A stretch of DNA of 64,000 nucleotides from Blasia pusilla (lineage: Eukaryota). The notes beneath the pieces are model-generated. The model did no database searches, was not told where the DNA came from, and saw only the letters and a program-made list of their open reading frames with translations. The stretch spans positions 29,078,001 to 29,142,000 of the forward strand of contig CM114271.1 in NCBI GenBank assembly GCA_050084515.1. The letters run 5' to 3'. Of the stretch, positions 38,601 to 51,830 are shown one piece after another (position 1 is the stretch's first letter; each line of letters begins with the position of its first letter). The position numbers were made by a program, and so were the translations under genes.

Positions 38601-39471
38601 TGATGTAAGGCTCTTGTTCTCATATTTTCCTTCTTCTTGAAGCAAAACTTTGCATAGTGATCCTTTATCCCACAGTAATTACAAGATCCAGGGACCCTCT
38701 GTTGCTGACCTCGACCCCAACGGTTTCCACCATCACCACCTTGTGATTGTGTGGTACTGGTTTGTAGTTGATTGTGTGACGTTATATTTAGTGCCTCTTC
38801 CTCCATATGCTTGATATCCTACATGACCACGGAAGCTTCTGCCACGACCCCTGCCTCTGTTTGATCCATAACCTGCAAATAGCGCACTCTCTTATAGACT
38901 AGACGAGCTATCGCTGCCTACTAGGCGCATCTCTTCACTGATTAACATAGGGACTAACTCTTGAAAGCTTTGGATACTTCTTTCTCATAGAGATAGAGGT
39001 CTTAAAGGACTTGTAATCCTTTGGAAGGCCTTGAAGTGAACAAAATCAGATGATCATCTTCTACTGTCATTCCAATGCTATTCAAGTGATCAACAATATA
39101 TCTGATACTCAAAATATAATCATTGATGCTCTGCGATACTTTTCTCACTTCGTTCAATTGCTGTTTCAATTGAAGCTTTTTGGCCTTTGTAGATGTTTGG
39201 AACAACTTTTCCAATGCATCCTAGGCCTCTTTTGGAATATCAACATATTGAATGTGATCGTTATTGAAATGTGGTGGATTACTTGCCTTGCGCATTTGTT
39301 CCAAGCGTGAACATTCAAGTCTGTTGAGTCATCTTCTGGCATGGTCTCATCACATGTGACAAGCTCCTATAGTTCTTGACCCATGAGAAATTGTTTTATG
39401 GGAAACTTCCAGACATTGTAATTCTGCTTATCTAGCTTCTTGCCTGTGATTGCCGTTGAGGAATACTCCAT
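35668..39471 (-). pseudogene. Copia gag-pol, frameshifted
   Basis: Gag CCHC (CNYCGIKDHYAKFC), integrase ([34 protein letters not shown]), RT (HHMDVKNTFLNG, LYGLKQA, LYVDDLLI), RNaseH (FTDADWAG, QIADIFTK). Confidence 0.95.
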
Positions 39472-39534
39472 GACGAACAATTTCACTCACAAAAATATAA
39501 TTTCAGGCTTTCTACTACTCCAATTGAAGCATAG

Positions 39535-40537
39535 TGTCGCGACCCTCATGACCAAACAAGTGCCAAGCGGAACATCGGAATATTAGCGGGCTCACGCTAA
39601 GATGGTTTGCGCGTTGGAGTTGTCTCAAAGAGGAGACAAGATACGAGACGCGAGCGAGGAGTCGCGTTTCAGGTGTTATGGTCACGACTGAGAAACCTGA
39701 ACCAAACGCGGAATGAGACTTGAAAGAAGTCGAGTCTAGGAAGTGGGTTGCCAAAGGAAAGATCCGGATTTGGAACGCCACTAGCGTTTGAGAGTTTCCG
39801 ACTGTATTTATGACCATAACTTTTAGTGACAAGATGCGTTTGGAGCAAATAAGGGTGCGTTGGAAATATTATGGAGAGTCGGTCCAAACGCACCAAAGAT
39901 CGCTGCAAACGCATAAGCAGCGGCCGAGATACAACCCAAAAACGATTGTAAGTGGAGTCGGGTTGAGGGCCACAATGAAGGGCCCGACCCTCTTTTCCCA
40001 AAGGGGAGGGGTTATTGGAGAACCCCAGAAGTACTAGTAAGGGGGAAGGTCTCCGAGAGTGCTTGGAACCCAAACCCCACTTTGGGCGCCGCGGGGCGGC
40101 TGAAAGGCATGGAACGGAACGCGAGTTTGGGGGTTGGGTTGGAAAACCTGCACCAAGTCCATTGAGGCGATTTTAGACATCCCTCTTGGATTCCACCCCG
40201 CGATTCAATTACTTGGGTCTCGGTTCGGAACTCACCCAAGGAGCGTTGAATAGTTGGGATCGCTAGGCGCGCAAGTGCCGTTTCAGATCCTTGGACTAAC
40301 TAGGAAGTCTGTTCCAAGTCTTGAAGGACTTGCCATGTTTTGGAAGCTAGGAACTAAGGAAGGTTGAGCTTGATGAGACGCCGAGTTGAGGACTCGGTGG
40401 GTTGGAACGCCGGTTGGCCCAAACCCGACTAACGAGAGTGCGTGTTTGGGTGCAGATCGGCGATGAGTTCGTGACCTACTGAACGCAAGCTTCCGCAATA
40501 CTAAAGATTGACGTTCAAGGAGAGTAGGGGCGCGACA
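39535..40537. mobile_element. Solo LTR (1003 bp) nested in the Copia 5' leader, same family as 24675-25707
   Basis: TGTCGCG...CGCGACA termini, 5-bp TSD CATAG (39530-39534 and 40538-40542). Confidence 0.92.
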
Positions 40538-41939
40538 CATAGACCACTCCTACACAGAAATTGACCTGAAATTTTCCAAAATTGATTAATTGTATGAAAG
40601 AACTAGTCAAAATTGGTGTGTAGAGAGCGAACTACACAACTTTTCTTTACTAATTGCACTTTCCTACACTGAAATTACTACTGTCGGAGCTCAGAATGTG
40701 AGAATCGAGCAATTTGGATGCATTGGAAAGCTCTCGACGAGCTCTACAAGACAGCTAGAACAAGGCTTTGGCATTGTTCTAGCCGCTATGGACCCAGATG
40801 GCTAAATCGACCAGGAAAGCCTTAATAAATGCCTCCAAAGTTTTATCACCATCAAAGCTCCATATGAAATGTGCATCCACTGAGCTCTGAAGAAAACTTC
40901 CTTCTCCCAAACTGAAATTGTGCCTTCTCTTGCCTCTCTTCTCTCCTCAAACACCAAGAATTTCAAGTGTTGTTCTCCTATCGCTCTAATACCATGTACA
41001 AAACTGCTCAACAAGCATAGCTGGTGGAAAACCGCTCTCACACATACGTACCACCATGGAGAAAAAAATTTGCAATTAAGAATGAGTGGAGGCTGGTCCC
41101 CTTCTCAATGTAGGGTATTTACAAGCAACCCTAACCCTAACCTTAGTCTCGAGTTAGACTAACTGTGATTAACTAACCCTAGTTAAGATAATCGCGCTTA
41201 ATTGGCTAACAAAGATTAAGCTTCCCTACTTCGTGTGAGTACCAAATGTAGCAATTCAGATGTCTCATGAGCTTGACTGTAACTCAATCTTCAATAAGCC
41301 CGTTCAGAGCCTATTACGTAGACCCAAACTAATAGAGCCCAGATCCATTGCGGGGCCCATGGCAGGCCCACAGGGCGGGCTTAGGCCTACATAGGGACCG
41401 CCATGCATGCCTACCACGGTGCCCGCAACGGTGCAGAATCTGTCAGACCCGGTCTATGCGGCGTGCTCTAGGTGGGCTTGGGTGAGGGCCGTGGGTACCT
41501 GAGCCCGCACGGGCATGTCCGTCCATATGCATAGGATAGACATAAGTCTATGGATATGGATATGTTCCCAAACATGAACTTTGTCCATGTGCAATCCTAC
41601 TAAGCCCGTAGTGGCCCGCGACTTGACTAAAATTATTATTCATCCTCACAAACTTCCTTCCCCAATATGTTATTTTCATCTTGAGACGACCATGCCTTAC
41701 CATTCTTAATGTTAGAATCCAAATTATCACATTCAAAATCTCCAGGTGGAAGAGGCTCGTTATCTTCAAAATCACCATCTTAAATCCGCTATGCCTTTTT
41801 TTTTCAATGATTGTTGTTTCAAGGATATTCTCCTTTAGTGGGTTCATTTGCCCCACTCTCCATTCCTGTTCTAAACTTCCCTTCCCATACTTCTCATCGT
41901 GACGCTTTCGTAACAACTCTTGTTGGCTTCTTGATCTAT

Positions 41940-44130
41940 AATACTTGTGCAAGTATAACATGCATGCATTAAGTGCAAAACTTAGAGGCTTGAATGTTTA
42001 TGCGATCATTGTGATATACATAAGCTAAATCATTTGCAATGGAAGCTTTATGTCAATTTCTATGTTGGTTGAAAATGAATCCATAGAAACTTCAACTGCT
42101 ATCGCAAGCCAATGCAATGACTATCTGCATAAAGAAACATATGAAAATACTTTGTAAACTTGTAGCCGAGTGTCTGTAAGCCAACCACTATTCATGCCCA
42201 TTTTGAGTCAGGTAAAAGAATTCACAATCTATGTTCTAGATTGCAGCTTGTTAAAGCAGATGGTATTATGCTATACGACAATTGACTTTGAAAGATCATA
42301 GAGCATCACCTATTAAATCCAACATATGTATGCTCGGCCCCATAGGTTGAAATAGTCTCTAAAGCTTTGTATGCACTAAGGAACAAAGATGTATCGCTTG
42401 TGCTTGTTTGAGAATAAATCCTTAGGATTGAGCAACATGGCAACATAATGCAAAACATTTTCCCATAATCTCCTCTGAGGTAACATTGCGTGGCAACATT
42501 GCGTCAAGGCACTATGCTGTGTGATTCAAACACTCCTTCATGATAAGATTATAAGTACAATCATGCTCATCTGATGCGATCTCCACCTTATTCTTCAAAC
42601 ACCTAGTTTGATAGTAGATTCCCCCAATGATTCTTTATGACTATCCATTAATGGAATCAAGGTATTGAGTTCCCAAAAATCTTCTAAAGGTTATAAAATT
42701 TGTCCCAAAATCTAGTATCTAATTTTGTTCTCTAGAGACTCTCAATCTCCTTGTTTTTTCTATTTGCACCATCGATGAAATTCTCGAATTCCTTAGTAAT
42801 CATCATATGTTTTCAATATAGTCGGAGCTTAAAAACTTGATCCAAATAGATGTAATTAGTTGCAAATCTTCTCTTCGCAGGTAAAAGCTATGTCAACTAG
42901 TTTGAGAATAAGTGAAAAAACATACAATGGGTAACATACAATGGGTAGCATACAATGATTCTTGAAGAATTTAACCCTACTACAACATTTAGAAAATATG
43001 GTTGAAAAAAATATTATTCTATCCAAATATTTACAAACCAACTTCGATCCATGAGCAACACAACCACCCCATAAAATACAAGGATGAGGTTAAGTAACAA
43101 AAGAACTTGCTAACTTACAAATTGATGCATGGTTTGTGACAAATTGAATAAATTTCTTTGGGTCCATTTTGTTTATATGCCCAATAGTAATTCGTGCAAT
43201 CCATTCTGCACTCTTTATTATGCTTGAGGCATTGATAGCCTCAATGAAAATTTCACCTCCTATGAATGCTAACAAAATATTTGTGAGAGGCCTTTCTTGG
43301 AAATTGGTCCATTTCAATCGTCTCTAAATTTTTTTTACTTATAATTCTTCCGTATCTCCATCATCTTTTTCATATTTGTTTCAACATGGGGTTTGCAACA
43401 AGGAAAATCCTTACAAGGCATCCACTCAGGATTAGGTCTTTGGTATGCATTCCCCAAGCTCGCAACTGTCCTTAAAGCCTCCTAGAAATGGGGATTCAAT
43501 CTTCTCCTAGTTGAATGACCATCTAGATATTATAAAGGCAAGCGCAAAATTTAGATGGATATCCTCATGATGTAAATTTTCCCTAATGAAGCCAATGCAT
43601 CCCTTTCCAAAACCAAATTAGAGTCCACCATCTCGTCCTCTTACATTAAGTTTCTCACCATATTTTGAGAAGAAAATATGAGAGTTGTGAAAATAAAATT
43701 GGTGCATATAGGACTTGCTAGTTGTCTATTAGGAGTTCTACAATCGATGATAAGATTAAGATCTAGTCTCATCGAAGCCTCATGTATGGAATTGGTAGAT
43801 CTATGGATTCATATTATTTCTTCATTCGCTTGCCTTCAAGATCGAGGGATGTTTTTCCTCCAACGATTATTTTCCATCCACGTATAAGCCAAGGTCTTTA
43901 ATTGCAACTATATTGGATAAGGAAAATTCAAGCATGTGTTAATCTTAATGTCTTGATTTTTTTTTTTTTTTTTTTTTTTTTCCAAGTGGACTCTACACAT
44001 AGATGTTAATGTACGTAATGTGATAAGATTACGGGTGGATTGGCTTTGAAACCAATTGCACTTTCCACAACTACTCCCACTAACTCATCTACTATTGTCT
44101 ATTTTTTACCAAATTTCTTGAAGATAGCCA
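41940..44130 (-). pseudogene. hAT-superfamily transposase remnant (DUF659 type)
   Basis: WTNFQERPLTNILL...GEIFIEAINASSIIKSAEWIA...FIQFVTNHASICKLAS matches the WTD...RPLINF...VDAS...VQVVTDNA pattern; many stops. Confidence 0.75.
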
Positions 44131-44799
44131 TTGCAAAATCTTATTTGATGGAATTAGGGTCCTCATTAAAATACCCAAAGTCTTTGACTATTTACTAGCG
44201 ATCAAACCCCTTCACTGATACCCGGTGTCAAAGTTGGTGCCTGACACTTAGTGCCAGACTCTAGGCTAGGGGCCCTCATACGTTTCCCGCATTTAGGGTT
44301 TAGGGGCTGGGTGGGTTTAGGGTGGGGTGTTGATACCCCATTTTCTATGGCCCCAACAAGAGAGGGGAGAAAATGGAAGATTGAGAAAATAAATTTTTTT
44401 GGGATTGTAGTAATATAGGAAAAATTTTCTTCTAAAACCAAGCCCATAAAGGGTCCTATCGCTAGACAAAAAATTCCGGCCCCCAAATATTCAAATTTTT
44501 TTTCCAAAAACCTCTGAAAATTCTTTTTCCAAAAATTCGGGTGTGAGTTTGTGATTGAACCTTGATGAATACGTACTTTTGGCTCCTAGCATATACCCCA
44601 AAAATTTATAATCCATTGATTTTTGATGTATAGGGTCCATTTGTTGATTCAAATTAAAAATTGAAAATCATGCATGCGCATGGAAAGGGTTGTGAATGTG
44701 TGATTACTTAAGTGGAAGGGGGCCGGGCCAAAATTGATCTTCACTTTACGAGCGTGTCTAAAAACTATATCTCAATGCAGTACAGTGTGCAATAATACC

Positions 44800-47700
44800 T
44801 TGCATTCTTGAATAGCTATCTTCTTATGCCAAGCTCATATAGAATGCCTTCTTCTCAAGATCCCAAGCTCCATCAGTGACAATCTTCCAGTCATGTCTAA
44901 TTGTGGCATGGATAAACAACCAAGTTCTTAAATCTCTTCTTCTATTTCTTCGTTAGACTTTGTATAAACTTAACTCACACTTTGGAATATAATGCTAAAA
45001 TTGTATGCGGTTCTCACAAAACTTTTTCTGAAACCTTCTCTTTCAACGATCATACTAGCATTCTTAGTAGCCTCCATCTACTTGTCCCCAAAATGACTGT
45101 AGTCACCATATCTACTCTCATTATTTCCATGTATAGGAAGGTCTTCACCCATCTTGACGCAATGACGTTACCTTTGGGATTCGCGTGCTTTGCAAAAGTA
45201 TCATGTGCTCTAATATATCTCCACCAAAACCTTTACTGCAATTTTAGCCACTAGATGAGCAATATTAGTTGCCAACTATACCATAGTAGCTTCCAAATTT
45301 TCCTTTGTATGTGGGTGGAGGTTGGTGTATCCATAGGCCTACCAACAAATGTATCTGCTTTGCAATTTTGACCATCTTCTTTGCAATGGCTACCGCTAAT
45401 GTAGGCGTAGCTACGTCCCTTTGATACTTGTATACCATGTCTTGGGACATTTGTATGCATTTCATCCAAAAACACCACTTGGGTCATGACATCCTCATGA
45501 ATATACAAGATGTGGAATATTCTCTCCTTGTGTCTTCCCTTGCGATAGTCCATGATGCCTACTAGGGATGTGTACAATGCGATGTTGACCTCATCTAATT
45601 ACAAGAGGAGGCGGTCCACACACCCATGAGGTTATTAATTCATCACTCCTCACTACATGTATATTTTCAGTATAGATATGTCTAATGAACTCATTAGTGC
45701 AAATAGGATCAAAAAGTTTCTCAATCCATCCCAAGCCATAATATATTAATATGCATACAAGATCAACAAGTATCTTGGAACTCTAAGCAAGAATAGCTGG
45801 ATTGTAGATGCAAGCGAACATGAGGTTCTTGCCTATTTGTTGTGGAGGTCTCAAGTGTGTTAGCTTCATCAGAGGAAATCACTTCAAAACCTTTAGAGGT
45901 AGCTTCATTTTATCAATGTCTACGTATGTAGGGCATAATCGATAAGTGATGAGGTGTTTTTCTCTGGATGGTATGCATCTAACTTCCTCTCTTTGTAACT
46001 GTTCATCATATAATTTCACAAACCACATGCAATGGCAAGGGGAGGCCCTTCTTTGATAGGCTTAATAGTAGAATTGATGACATCCACAAGGTTTGAACTA
46101 GCTTCGCCATATAATGACAAAAGAAATGCACACCTTGCAAACTTCTCGGATTGTAGTTCTCGAATGAAGAAAGCCGCATGGGTGAATATCTAGATACAAT
46201 ATCTTTCTAGGCCATTTCTCCACATATCATACGTGGAAGCACGAGAAAGATGACCCATTCATCAAAGAAGTTATGTTCATCTACTCTTGACACCTAACAA
46301 ATAATCACAAGTAAACTATGATTAGGTGCCATACACTATTGCAAGCTGTATAGGATTGTTATTAGTTGTTATCCCACACAAAGAATTTTTGCTAGCCTAA
46401 AGATGATCCATTCATGAGAAAAGTACTATCCACCAACCTCTAACTCCTAAGAAATAAGTGAAACCATATTATGATTAGGCGCCAAACACTAATGCACGCC
46501 CAAAGGATTATGATTAGTCGCCATCCTATTGAAACGATAGTTGCCAAGAGACTAATGAATGAATGGAAAGAAAATATTACTTCTCTCTTTCTATCTTTTT
46601 TTATGCATACCATTCTTTGGATGAAAAATGAAATCCATTGAGTTTCTCTCTATGTATATGGTGCCAAGGAAGATGATGTAATAAAGAGATTCTAGGATGA
46701 TACAAAGTGTTGGAAGCTCCACAATAACATTTTGTCTTGTAAGCACTCAAATTACAAACACGATCACAAAGTATCCCTCTCTTCTCAACCATTACTTTCT
46801 TTGCTTCTACCTCTCATGTGGTGTTTCTTCACCTTTTTGTTCCACTGCAGTTTCTTCAAGAGAGTTCTTAAGTGATACTTTCTTCATAAGAGTTCTCATG
46901 TGCTACTCCCATGAGACATGTAGTTTTTATAGCTTTCTTCTCTATTTAAAGGTCCTTAATATACTTGAGGTTTTCCCCAAATTACCTCCCTTTGGTCCTC
47001 TCAAGTTGAAGTTCTCCTATCTTTCTACATTCCTAGTGCACATGTGGTACATTTGATTATTTATTGTATTATATCAATTGATGAATTGAAGTTGTAGGGA
47101 GAAAGAGAAGAATGAAATTATTGATGTGATGTCTTTTAGAATAGATCGACGAGTTTTGGTAGAGCAAAAATCTACGAGAAAATCTACAAAGGGCTCAAGA
47201 TGATCTCATATATGAAGTGATGAGTAAACTTAGTAACATGCCTTAGTCAAATTGAATTTTGAACCAAAAGTAATGAGCCTTGGGGACCTCGTAAAATAAG
47301 GGGAATGTTTATATGTTGTGTCTTGGATAGAGTGTTTAGTTATCTTATTAGCTTAACTAATATAAGTTTTGAGGAATCCAATCAAGGGTTATCTAAAAAG
47401 GAAAAAGCTAATTATTTCTAGGAGATAGATAAGATAACCTAAGCCTTAAGCCCAAAGAGGAATTATTGGCTAACTACCACAATGCAAGTCGATGTTAAGG
47501 GGTTTGGCTTCTCAAGGAAGATTCGGCATAAAAGGTTTGTGTTGATGAGAGCATCACCCTCTATAAAGGGGGGCTAGTGTCTCAACTCTAAAAAAAAGTA
47601 CATCAAGATGGAATATCATAACTCTAGTGGATTCATATTAGGATGGAAATGCATCGGAGTCTTATATTATGAGCAAGGCATGAGTTATTAAAAGCAAAAC

Positions 47701-48350
47701 ACTAGCATAAATGGGTGTGTTGAAAACCCTTTTGTATACAAGGATGAATTTTTCCTCTCATACCAAATATTTTGGATAAGATGTACCCAATATTGTGGAT
47801 GGTGGGATGTGAAACCATTCCAATAGTTAGTTGCGCTTCATCAATGGTTGCTTAAAAAAAATTTGTGACCCATCTTAGTTTTGGTTGGAGATTGCAACAT
47901 GGGTCATATAAGGGAGATTGCAACAACTTGCAAGACCATTAGGAGGCATTTTCAAGAGGAGAGGGAGAAAATTACTCTAACTTTGGAATTTTTGAGCGTA
48001 CTATTTCCATGCCATGGCTCCTTGGAGGGTATCTGTCCTCATTTTGATCCGCACCATGGCTCATATTGTGAAGTATTTTTTTTGTTTTATAGATTCCTAC
48101 TCTAATTAGGGTTTCTCATGTAGGCATTAGGGTTTTTTATGTTGTAATGTAGCGAACAATCTCCAAGTAACTTCTTTCCATAATTCACTTCCTTCCCTCT
48201 ACGTTCATCTTCCTATGTCATCCTTATTTCTCTCTTATGCTTTATTCATGGTTGTCTCCATTACTTCATCCTTAGGTACATCCTTTTTCCATCCATTTTT
48301 CTATGTATTTACCTCTTCTCTTTCCACATCCTTAGTATCACCATGAAGCC
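44800..48350. mobile_element. Decayed LTR-retroelement-like sequence
   Basis: AT-rich, fragmentary ORFs, TATA-like CTATAAAGGGG at ~47560, PBS-like TAGTATCA at ~48333; family not identifiable. Confidence 0.25.
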
Positions 48351-48599
48351 ACTAGTTATGTTTGGGAGGGGGTTTGGGACTAGAAGTCCTAGATGGTGAT
48401 GGTAGTTGAGAGTTTATTTTAGGGGGAGCATTATCGTGGACAAGAAGAGAGTCAATTACCATGATTGCTAGTTTGAACGGGGGGAGTTTAGGTGGTTTTG
48501 GTGAGCTTTGTCTCTCGAGATGGATGGAGGGAGTGATGGTATCCCATTGGTGAGTTGTATCTATGCCTCAACCCACACCAATGTCCCATGTGGGGACTC

Positions 48600-51500
48600 G
48601 CAGGTCGTCTAGTCAGGATATGAAATTCCCTTGTTGTCTTGAATTCTTCACTCGTTGAGGAATTCAGAACCACTTAGCAACAAAACATCATGACTTTGAT
48701 AGATTTGGATGGGTGGTTCCTATTGTTGATCATGGATACTCTCTGGTGCTTCCCGCATTATCACCCCCTCTTGAGGCATGGGAGTAGTTGAGGATCCACC
48801 TTTGCAGCATCGTAGGTCTCTTCAAGACCCATTTTCCTAGCCCCGGGTTGTTCCAGAGGATCCCCATGCTATTCGAGATGACCTAGCTCCATCATGCTTT
48901 CCTCCTCCCCTTATCTAGGATTGCACTATGGACGAGCTCTCTTGGTATCTGTTACTTCTCCTTCCACAATGGTATCTCCGCTATACACGGGGAGGGAAGG
49001 CCGGCTATTGAGAGGTTGTGGCCCAACTAAGGTGTTTTTGAGGAGGCAATTGGGAGTCTTTGGAGAGCAAGTTTATGGCATATGCAAGAGGTAGCACTTT
49101 AATTAGATTCCCGCTAGATGATCTTGTAGCAACCAGGTTGCTATGATGTAGGACACTTGGACGAGCTTGTGAAAACTCATGGGCTGCTCGTGCCCTTTGT
49201 CTGATGGACATGGCACCTTTGTCAATTGTTACCATCGATGCCCTTTGGAGGCTACATCATTGCCAAATGGTTGACATTCCAACTTTTGTTTGTGACTTCC
49301 ATCTTGACACGACTATATGCCTTGAACCGTCCCTCTGTGCATGGGCACTAAGAAGTTCTCCTAGGATTCGGGCAAGAGGGTTGCCAAGTATAATGTACGA
49401 ACACCTCCGTGATTTCTTACCTCCCAAGGGCTCTGCCAATGGCTTTTCTGAGTTGATTGAGGTTGCCTTTCAACTAGTTGATGGGAGAGTGCCAACCGCA
49501 CTAGCTCAAATATTGGGGGAGGGGCGATTTTTGGCATTGTCAAAGGAGGATGGAGGTATTTGTTCGATTGCCGTAGGTGAGGTGCTTCTGCAGCTGGCAA
49601 GTCATATTATCGCTTTGAAATTTTGTGAGGCTTTCCAATCACACCTCAATCCGCATCAATTTGGATTTGCTATGCTGGCCGGTTGTGCGACGATAGCCTT
49701 AGGTTTGAGGGCTTGTTTTGATGTACATCATAAGAGGGTGGTCCTCCTAGTGGATGTAGAGAATACCGTCAACTCGGTGTCATGGGAAACTATCTTCACA
49801 GAGTTGAGGGACACAAGTAGCCCCATTGCGAGCCTCATTCCCTTCATGCAGGTTTTCTATGGGGCTTGTAGGGCCCTCTCTTTCCACCATGGTTGATTTG
49901 AGGAGAAGGCCAGGGTTTTAGAGTCCGCCCCTGGGACTCATCCGGTGACCCTTTGGGTGGCACATTGTTTGCTTTGGCTCATTACCGGGTTGTTCTTTCT
50001 ATTGAGGAGGATTTTTCGTGTTGCATTTTTCCCTTGTTTCCAGATGATACTCATATTGTGGGCTTTAGAGATCTAATCGTCCATGCATTTCAGCACTTTT
50101 CTGCACGGTTGGCACAGGGTGGCCTTGTGGTGAAGGTGGGGAATTTCAAGGCTTGATCTCCATCAGGCCTACCCGACGATCTTTATTGACCTAATGGATT
50201 CATGACATATGTTGGAGGGCTTTGCGTCTTGGGAGTCCCACTCGGGAGCCATGACTTTATTTTGAGTGCCGTGGCGGCGGCTTTTACCGAGGATCTGCTC
50301 CACGTCAATGATCTCACAAGGATTGGTGACCTTCAAGTTGCCTACAATTGCAATATTCTCTCTTCTTGTTTTGATCGTCGGCCTAGTTATACCAATAGAA
50401 CTGTTTGGATGTTTAATCACCTTTCAACCCACTATAGATTCTTCGATAAGAAGATCCTACTGGTATTTGGGGACCTTTAAGGACCCAATTCCTTTGAGTG
50501 CCCCATGGGGGAGCTAGCTTGTAGATAGAACTTATGGTCGATTTCCTTTGGTGGAAGAGGTCTTATCTACATGGAATTAGTGACGCCCCCAAATTTTTTG
50601 GGAAGTTGGGCCATAGCAACACCCCTTCTGGGCTACCCATTTATGGTTATGGATAGACACTTCCTTCTACAATACATATCCCAGGTTGGGGATGACATGT
50701 TCTCAATACTCAATATATAGAGCATGTAGAGATTCCCTTCTAGGTGAGGCTAGAGCCGTTCTCCCTACTTTCTCCTCCCTAGTTACCTTTGGTCAATCTA
50801 GGCTCCAATCTTCTTTGATCGAAGCCCACTTTGAGGCAGTTTTTAGAATCACTATGTTAGACAGGCATATTTGCATGGAGGTTCGAGCCCATATTCGCTC
50901 TTGCTCCAGAAAAGGGGCAGGCTCATGGATGGGGGCTTGTCCCCTCATCGCGACTTTCTCTATCGCATCACTTATCTACACCATAGCGATGCGATTTTGA
51001 TCGGGCCTCCCCCTACCATTAGTGGTTGGTACGACACACTATGAGTGTCGCCGGAGTCTGGATCCACTTGGTGTGCATTTAACATGCTATCTAGTTGGGG
51101 GTAAGGGGATTGTCAATCACAATGATCTGTAGGATATAATGTTCAGTATTGCTCACGAGAGTGGCTTCCATATGCAAAGAAAGAGAGGCACTACTCCATG
51201 CGGGATTCCCTTATCCATGCTGATCTTTATATGACACAAAAGGCAGAAGTGGTGGTAGTGGTAGCAGACGTTATAGTGACAGATCCTACGCGGGAGACTG
51301 TGTGAGCCCAAGTGGTAGCACAAGGGAGATTGCTACAAGATTGGAAACGACGACGAAGAAGACCCATCTCTTCAATCGACATCACGATGAACATTGATTT
51401 GTCCCCTTAGCCAAAGAGATATATGGGGCTATGGGAGAGAGGTTTGACTTGTTCCTTACAAATTACGCCCATAATCTCCAATCAAGAAATGGGTTGTCAT

Positions 51501-51830
51501 TAGCTATTGCGATTCTCTCTTGTAGGCAATGGGTCCATATCTTTGGAGCGTGCCCAAGCTAGTGGGCTTTTGCGGCGGGCTTAGAATGTGGGAGACTCCA
51601 GCGCTTGAAGCCCACTTATTGGTAGTCACGTGTCTCTAGGTGTTGCTAGTTGATATTGTCTTTGCTGTTGGTGAATTTAGCTGATATGGGGATGCCCCCT
51701 TTTCTTTTCCTGGGCCGGTTGTGGCCTTCACATACTTGACTCTTTGGGTCCCCCCTTTTTTGTATTCCGGATGGGTTTTCCATCACCCGCTTTTTATTGA
51801 GTCCTCTTTTTTCCCTTTTTTTGACAAGTA
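48600..51830 (+). mobile_element. CRE-clade-like non-LTR retrotransposon (RT plus restriction-like endonuclease), degenerate
   Basis: RFLALSKEDGGICSIAVGEVL, PHQFG, VDVENTVNSVS, FPDDTHIVG, VLGVPLGS; decayed C-terminal Zn knuckle ~51045-51125 and ADVIVTDPT ~51265; T-rich 3' end. Confidence 0.85.

Larger units (their letters stand above)
35371..41296 (-). mobile_element. Full-length degenerate Ty1/Copia LTR retrotransposon
   Basis: LTRs 35371-35680 and 40995-41296; 5-bp TSD AGCCC both sides; tRNA-iMet-like PBS TGGTATTAGAGC (minus, 40983-40994); PPT TGAGGGGGAG (minus, 35681-35690); gag, integrase, RT, RNaseH order. Confidence 0.95.
35293..41600. repeat. GC-rich MITE-like element (about 380 bp net) interrupted by the Copia
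   Basis: Left end CAAGGTTGCAC, right end GTGCAATCCT; rich in GGCCC/GGGCC; related to 62326-62620; no TSD found. Confidence 0.45.
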
